The position numbers and the translations under genes were made by a program. The notes under the pieces were generated by a model. That model worked only from the letters and a program-made list of their open reading frames with translations. It made no database searches and was not told the origin of the DNA. A stretch of 64,000 nucleotides of DNA from Escherichia phage MLF4. Each line of letters starts with the position of its first letter. The first letter of the stretch is position 1. The stretch is taken from sequence record NC_055780.1, one strand, 5' to 3'. Positions 58,973-64,000 of this stretch are shown here, piece by piece.

Positions 58973-59308
58973 ATGAAACGTAACTTTAGTAAAGCTTTTT
59001 GTAATAGAAATAATTATCCTGAAGAGCTTTTTGAATCTAAGGACTTTGAAGAGTTTAATGAACGCTCTCAAAACATGCCTGTACAATGGGTGTTAGATTA
59101 TGCCAAACGTATCTTTGAAGGCGTGCGGGATATTTGTCCTGATGATGAAGCTCCTTATTTTAAAAAGGCTTGGGAACTCGCCAACCAAGCATATATCAAT
59201 GCTTTAGAATCTTCTAAAGGTACTGACGATGATTTTATTTTATTAGCTATCAATGATGCCGTTATCGAGGCCATCAACGTCTTTATCGACGAGCTAGACG
59301 AAGAATAA
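58973..59308 (+). CDS. hypothetical acidic protein (111 aa)
   Basis: ATG with GAGGA SD; no recognisable domain. Confidence 0.5.
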   Translation: MKRNFSKAFCNRNNYPEELFESKDFEEFNERSQNMPVQWVLDYAKRIFEGVRDICPDDEAPYFKKAWELANQAYINALESSKGTDDDFILLAINDAVIEAINVFIDELDEE

Positions 59309-59337
59309 GTTTACAATCTATTAAAACGTGATATTAT
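59309..59337 (+). promoter_or_regulatory. early promoter (GTTTAC-N17-TATTAT)
   Basis: GTTTAC abuts the TAA stop of the upstream ORF; precedes ATG at 59365. Confidence 0.55.
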
Positions 59338-59364
59338 CTAATTATACCAACCTAAGGAAATACT

Positions 59365-59958
59365 ATGAACACACTGAAGAAAATTGTTGAGTTTATTCGC
59401 ACTAAACTTGGTTCTGCTATGGCTAAAAATCTATCTGTTGAAGAACAGTATACTGCTGCGGCAGCAAAACTACTCGATAAGATTAAAGATCTAAAAACTG
59501 CTTCTGTTAAATCTATTAATGAAGAAAAGCGTATTCGTGAACTTATTGTCGAAAAGAATAAGCAGGCCGAATCAAAAGAGCGTGAAATTCGCAAGCTTCT
59601 TTCGGAAGGTCAAGATGTAACAATGCATGCTAAACTTGGTTTACTATATCGTCGAACAGCTGAGCAGTTGACTACTAAAGCTGATGGTTATGCTGAAATG
59701 CGAATTGAAATCGCCAAGAAAGTAGTTGAGTTAGATGATGCTCGCCAAGAACTTGCAGTTAAATTGGAATATATCCGTGAAACTCGCGCCGCGAATGCCC
59801 TCGGAATTAGTACTGCTGATGATGTAGTTGAAATTGCAGCACTGACTAAGGTTGATATTGAAGATACTCTTGCTCGAGTTGAAACCTTTAATGGCAATAT
59901 TTCTGGGGTTGAAACTACCTCTGCCGATGTTCAGGAATACATTAATTCTCTGAAATAA
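59365..59958 (+). CDS. hypothetical coiled-coil protein (197 aa)
   Basis: heptad-like charged helical sequence throughout; AAGGAA SD; followed by GGGGC-TTCG-GCCCC hairpin. Confidence 0.55.
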
Positions 59959-59999
59959 TGATAAGGGGCTTCGGCCCCTATTACTTGGAGTAAGTAGGA

Positions 60000-60605
60000 A
60001 TGAAAATGCAAAGTGATTTCAATTCAATGTTTGAAGAGTTCCAAAGACAGGTTGATGTTCCAGACCAATTATTAAATGCTCTTAAACGTATGGCAGAAGG
60101 ACGTAATTATTATTGGGGTTCTTCATATGAAACTGATGAAAGTCTTTCTGGATTTTATAAAGGTAAAAAGTCTTTAATACGTCCTGGAATACTTATTAAC
60201 AGTATTGAATCAATTCATTCATTAACATGTGATTTTGATGTTGAATTTACTGATTTCATTTCTCCTGAATGGACAGTATGTTATTTAAACGACGATTATG
60301 ATTATCTTGGCGTTTATAGTTTAAGTGATGCATGGTTTAAACGTAATTTACAAAAGTCAAATTTATTCTATATTGATACTACTGTAAAATTTCAGGGCAA
60401 GAAATATTTCTTTACTCTTATAGTTGATTCTGAAACGAAGCATGAAAATAAACGTATTCTTAGTAAAAAGAATATCTTAACTATTGTTGATGATCTTTTT
60501 GATAAATTTGTGGAAAATCCCAATTTTGAAAGCGATTTATTACTAGAAAAATTTGTTAAGGAATGTAGAGAATATGTCAAAGCCATCACTATACCTTCCA
60601 AGTAA
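60000..60605 (+). CDS. hypothetical protein (201 aa) with C-terminal FVKECR motif
   Basis: ATG with GTAGGA SD; C-terminus ...EKFVKECREYVKAITIPSK shares a motif with the next three ORFs. Confidence 0.5.
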   Translation: MKMQSDFNSMFEEFQRQVDVPDQLLNALKRMAEGRNYYWGSSYETDESLSGFYKGKKSLIRPGILINSIESIHSLTCDFDVEFTDFISPEWTVCYLNDDYDYLGVYSLSDAWFKRNLQKSNLFYIDTTVKFQGKKYFFTLIVDSETKHENKRILSKKNILTIVDDLFDKFVENPNFESDLLLEKFVKECREYVKAITIPSK

Positions 60606-60966
60606 ACCGTTGAAGTATGAATTAAAGCGTCAGATAATTTCTACTGATGTGTTAATAGGTCCTGTGGTAGCCGTATCATTTGTGATTCTGCTGATTGCTG
60701 GAATAGTTATAGACGTTATGACTGATATTGAATCTGGTGCAATATTTGGAGCAACACTAATTCTTCCATTGGTAGTTCCGCTTTTATTAGTACCTATAAA
60801 TTGGATAGGATATTGGTATCAAGGAAGACACTATCGTAAACGTGTACGTGATTGGAAAGCTCAGTGTAAAAAGATTAAAAAGGAACATCAGCTTAAACTT
60901 GCTGCGCATGAATTTGATGAAATTATGAAATTTGTTAAGGAATCACGATGCAAAAGCCAAAACTAA
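60574..60966 (+). CDS. small membrane protein paralog 1
   Basis: start at MSKPSL (overlaps upstream ORF end); two hydrophobic helices then basic region; C-terminal ...FVKESRCK. Confidence 0.5.
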   Translation: MSKPSLYLPSKPLKYELKRQIISTDVLIGPVVAVSFVILLIAGIVIDVMTDIESGAIFGATLILPLVVPLLLVPINWIGYWYQGRHYRKRVRDWKAQCKKIKKEHQLKLAAHEFDEIMKFVKESRCKSQN

Positions 60967-61310
60967 ATAAAGTCAAATATTCTCTTCCTGAGTCATTTTT
61001 AATTTTTGCTGTAGCGTTGGCTGCAGCTCTTGCGGGTAGTCTTTTTGGATTGTTAATTGACTGTCTTATTTTAAACATTGACGGCACAGTAAATATAATA
61101 GAAGTTTGGAGTGAACTTCACTATACTAAAATTATTTCATTATTTTCATTCTTTGGTACAATGTTATATTTTCATTATGATAATTTTAAAATAAATTGGC
61201 AAAGAAAAAAGGATTACAAAATACAATTAAAGGAATATAATAGCTACATGTCTTATATTGAAAAAGAATCAATGGAAGAGTTTGTGAGTGATTGTAGGAA
61301 AATTAAATGA
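60948..61310 (+). CDS. small membrane protein paralog 2
   Basis: 120 aa; hydrophobic helices; C-terminal ...FVSDCRKIK; overlaps neighbours. Confidence 0.5.
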   Translation: MQKPKLNKVKYSLPESFLIFAVALAAALAGSLFGLLIDCLILNIDGTVNIIEVWSELHYTKIISLFSFFGTMLYFHYDNFKINWQRKKDYKIQLKEYNSYMSYIEKESMEEFVSDCRKIK

Positions 61311-61791
61311 TTTTAAAAACTCGCTGGTATGATTTAGATGATGGGGATGATGGCATTTCAGTTGATAGAGTTGACTGGAATGGTTGTTCCGAAGATATGA
61401 AAAATTTGTTGATTAGGGAGTTTAGAATGGGATATCAAGCAGCTAAGCCATCTATTATAACAGATGATAAATTCGTGTGTATTCATAATGGTCGTGCTAA
61501 GTTAACGAACGCTGATTGGTTCACAGATAAAATTATGATTCTGTGGTATATTATTAGTCTTCCTGTGACATCATTCGTATTTTACTTTTTTATAAAAAAT
61601 CCAATGGACAGAATAGGAGATTGGATTCTTTTAACCATACTTGTTAATATTTTTACAGCAGCAATATTATCTGGGATATGGTGCGTGTTCATTGAAATGC
61701 CATGGCGGCTACGCAGACAGCAAAAGATTTTTGATGAAAAGAAATACATTCAAAATTTAAATAACTTTATCACTGAATGCAGGAAATTAAA

Positions 61792-61795
<4 letters not shown>
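61307..61795 (+). CDS. small membrane protein paralog 3
   Basis: 162 aa; hydrophobic helices; C-terminal ...FITECRKLK; stop overlaps nudE start (ATGA). Confidence 0.5.
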
Positions 61796-62764
<969 letters not shown>

Positions 62765-62768
62765 AGTT

Positions 62769-62798
62769 GTTTACTTTCTCCTAGAATTGTGATAGTAT
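62769..62798 (+). promoter_or_regulatory. early promoter (GTTTAC-N18-TAGTAT) for denV
   Basis: GTTTAC 5 nt after lysozyme stop; inverted repeat TGTGA...TCACA around the -10. Confidence 0.55.
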
Positions 62799-62823
62799 AT
62801 TCACAGTTACTTGGAGGGATAAA

Positions 62824-63240
62824 ATGACTCGTATTAATTTGACTTTAGTATCTGAACTTGCTGATCAACATTTAATCGCAGAATACCGTGAATTGCCGCG
62901 TGTTTTTGGTATAGTTCGTAAGCATGTGGCAAACGGTAAGCGCGTTAAAGATTTTAAAATATCTTCCGAGTTTATTTTAGGTTCTGGTCATGTTACGTTC
63001 TTTTACGATAAGTTAGAATTTTTGCGAAAGCGTCAATTAGACATTATAACGGAATGCTTAAAACGCGGGTTCAGTATAAAAGATACTGAAGTTCCTGACA
63101 TCAGCGATATTCCAGTAGAATGGAAAAATGATTATAATCCATGCAAATCAGCTATTAAATTGAGTCAACAACGACTTGATGAAAAAATTTTAATGAAACC
63201 ACATTGGTATAAGTATTACGGTAAAAATATTTACATTTAA
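62824..63240 (+). CDS. denV: endonuclease V (pyrimidine dimer DNA glycosylase)
   Basis: 138 aa; matches recalled T4 endo V ([28 protein letters not shown]...[16 protein letters not shown]...). Confidence 0.95.
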   Translation: MTRINLTLVSELADQHLIAEYRELPRVFGIVRKHVANGKRVKDFKISSEFILGSGHVTFFYDKLEFLRKRQLDIITECLKRGFSIKDTEVPDISDIPVEWKNDYNPCKSAIKLSQQRLDEKILMKPHWYKYYGKNIYI

Positions 63241-63249
63241 AGGAAACCC

Positions 63250-63723
63250 ATGAAAACATATCAAGAATTTATTACTGAAGCAGCTATTAATTCTCAAATT
63301 ATTGCTGAATCTTTTACTGATCTTTTGAAATTTAAAAAAGGTCAAAAAATCACTGCTGTATTGGATGATGGTACAGAAGTTGAGATGGATGTACAGGGAT
63401 ATAATTATGCAGTAGATGGAAAACTGTATAATAAATCTCATGCTAAATTTGATTCATTTGACGACTTTGTTAATACAGTTGAAGATGAAAAAACTCGTCG
63501 ATCCATTGTAACTGGTGATGCTAAGGTTCTTATGGCACATGGTCATGAACGCATTCGCGCTAAACAGAATAAAATGGGTGAAGATAATTTTGCATTAGTT
63601 GGTTATCAATCTGGTAAGCAAACTTATGGCTATCAGCGTACTGCTACCATGTATAATAAAAATGGTAAAATTGCCTTTGTAAATAGTAAAGGTTCTATTC
63701 AGTACGTTAAATCGTTCAAATAA
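63250..63723 (+). CDS. internal protein-like (capsid targeting sequence), 157 aa
   Basis: N-terminus MKTYQEFITEA is a near-perfect T4 internal-protein CTS with I-T-E cleavage motif. Confidence 0.7.
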   Translation: MKTYQEFITEAAINSQIIAESFTDLLKFKKGQKITAVLDDGTEVEMDVQGYNYAVDGKLYNKSHAKFDSFDDFVNTVEDEKTRRSIVTGDAKVLMAHGHERIRAKQNKMGEDNFALVGYQSGKQTYGYQRTATMYNKNGKIAFVNSKGSIQYVKSFK

Positions 63724-63864
63724 TATGGGAACAAGCTGGACCTCATGATTCTGTGAGGGATTCCCGCCAACCTGTAATAAGGTCGAGCCCAAGTGCGGTA
63801 ATGGGTAAATACAGAAATGGACAATTCATGCGCCATGGAATGGCCCAAATTTAGAGAGAATAAA

Positions 63865-64000
63865 ATGAGAACATTTTTAACTGGTCCTTATCTATCCCTG
63901 ATGAATGCTTTTACACACCATTCTGACGCTAGAGTAGAAGAAATTTGTAATAGTGGATTTTATGTACCTGATTCGTCGTATTTATTTAAAGAATATTGTA
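63865..64000 (+). CDS. hypothetical protein, 5' partial (runs off window)
   Basis: ATG at 63865 with GAGAGAA SD; open to the window end. Confidence 0.3.
   Translation, partial: MRTFLTGPYLSLMNAFTHHSDARVEEICNSGFYVPDSSYLFKEYC

Overview
This 64-kb window reads as a contiguous block of a T4-like (Tevenvirinae, Tequatrovirus-type) coliphage genome, in the reverse of the conventional T4 map order. Recognisable from protein sequence alone: DNA ligase (30), Alt ADP-ribosyltransferase plus a second tandem Alt paralog, baseplate hub genes 54-48-29-28-27-51 divergent from 26-25, uvsY/uvsW, inh-hoc, rnlB, head genes 24-23-22-21-68-67-20, tail tube/sheath 19-18, terminase 17-16, neck 15-14-13, fibritin wac, baseplate and short fibre 12-11-10-9-8-7-6-5.4-5-53, then 4-2-3-1-57A-57B, a hyperplastic small-gene region with three internal-protein-like genes carrying capsid-targeting N-termini, a 10-tRNA cluster, two freestanding HNH endonuclease genes, and nudE-e(lysozyme)-denV. 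Gene order and many sequences match T4 closely but not exactly (lysozyme differs at a few residues, the segD/segE positions are empty, there are extra tRNAs), so this is a T4 relative rather than T4 itself. T4 regulatory grammar is visible: TATAAATA late promoters about 25-30 nt upstream of late genes, GTTTAC-N17/18-TAnnnT early promoters often abutting stop codons, MotA-box middle promoters at uvsY and gene 1, and GC-rich tetraloop terminators. I find no CRISPR array, integrase or recognisable multi-gene defence or anti-defence operon. The most plausible places for undescribed biology are the intact second Alt paralog, the capsid-targeted internal proteins, the small-ORF and membrane-protein paralog array between the tRNAs and nudE, and a structured non-coding region downstream of the tRNA cluster. 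All calls come from reading the sequence plus recalled family knowledge; no database search was run. CDS coordinates follow the supplied ORF track (starts moved in frame where the track began at a non-ATG codon); motif coordinates were counted by hand and may be off by 1-2 nt.
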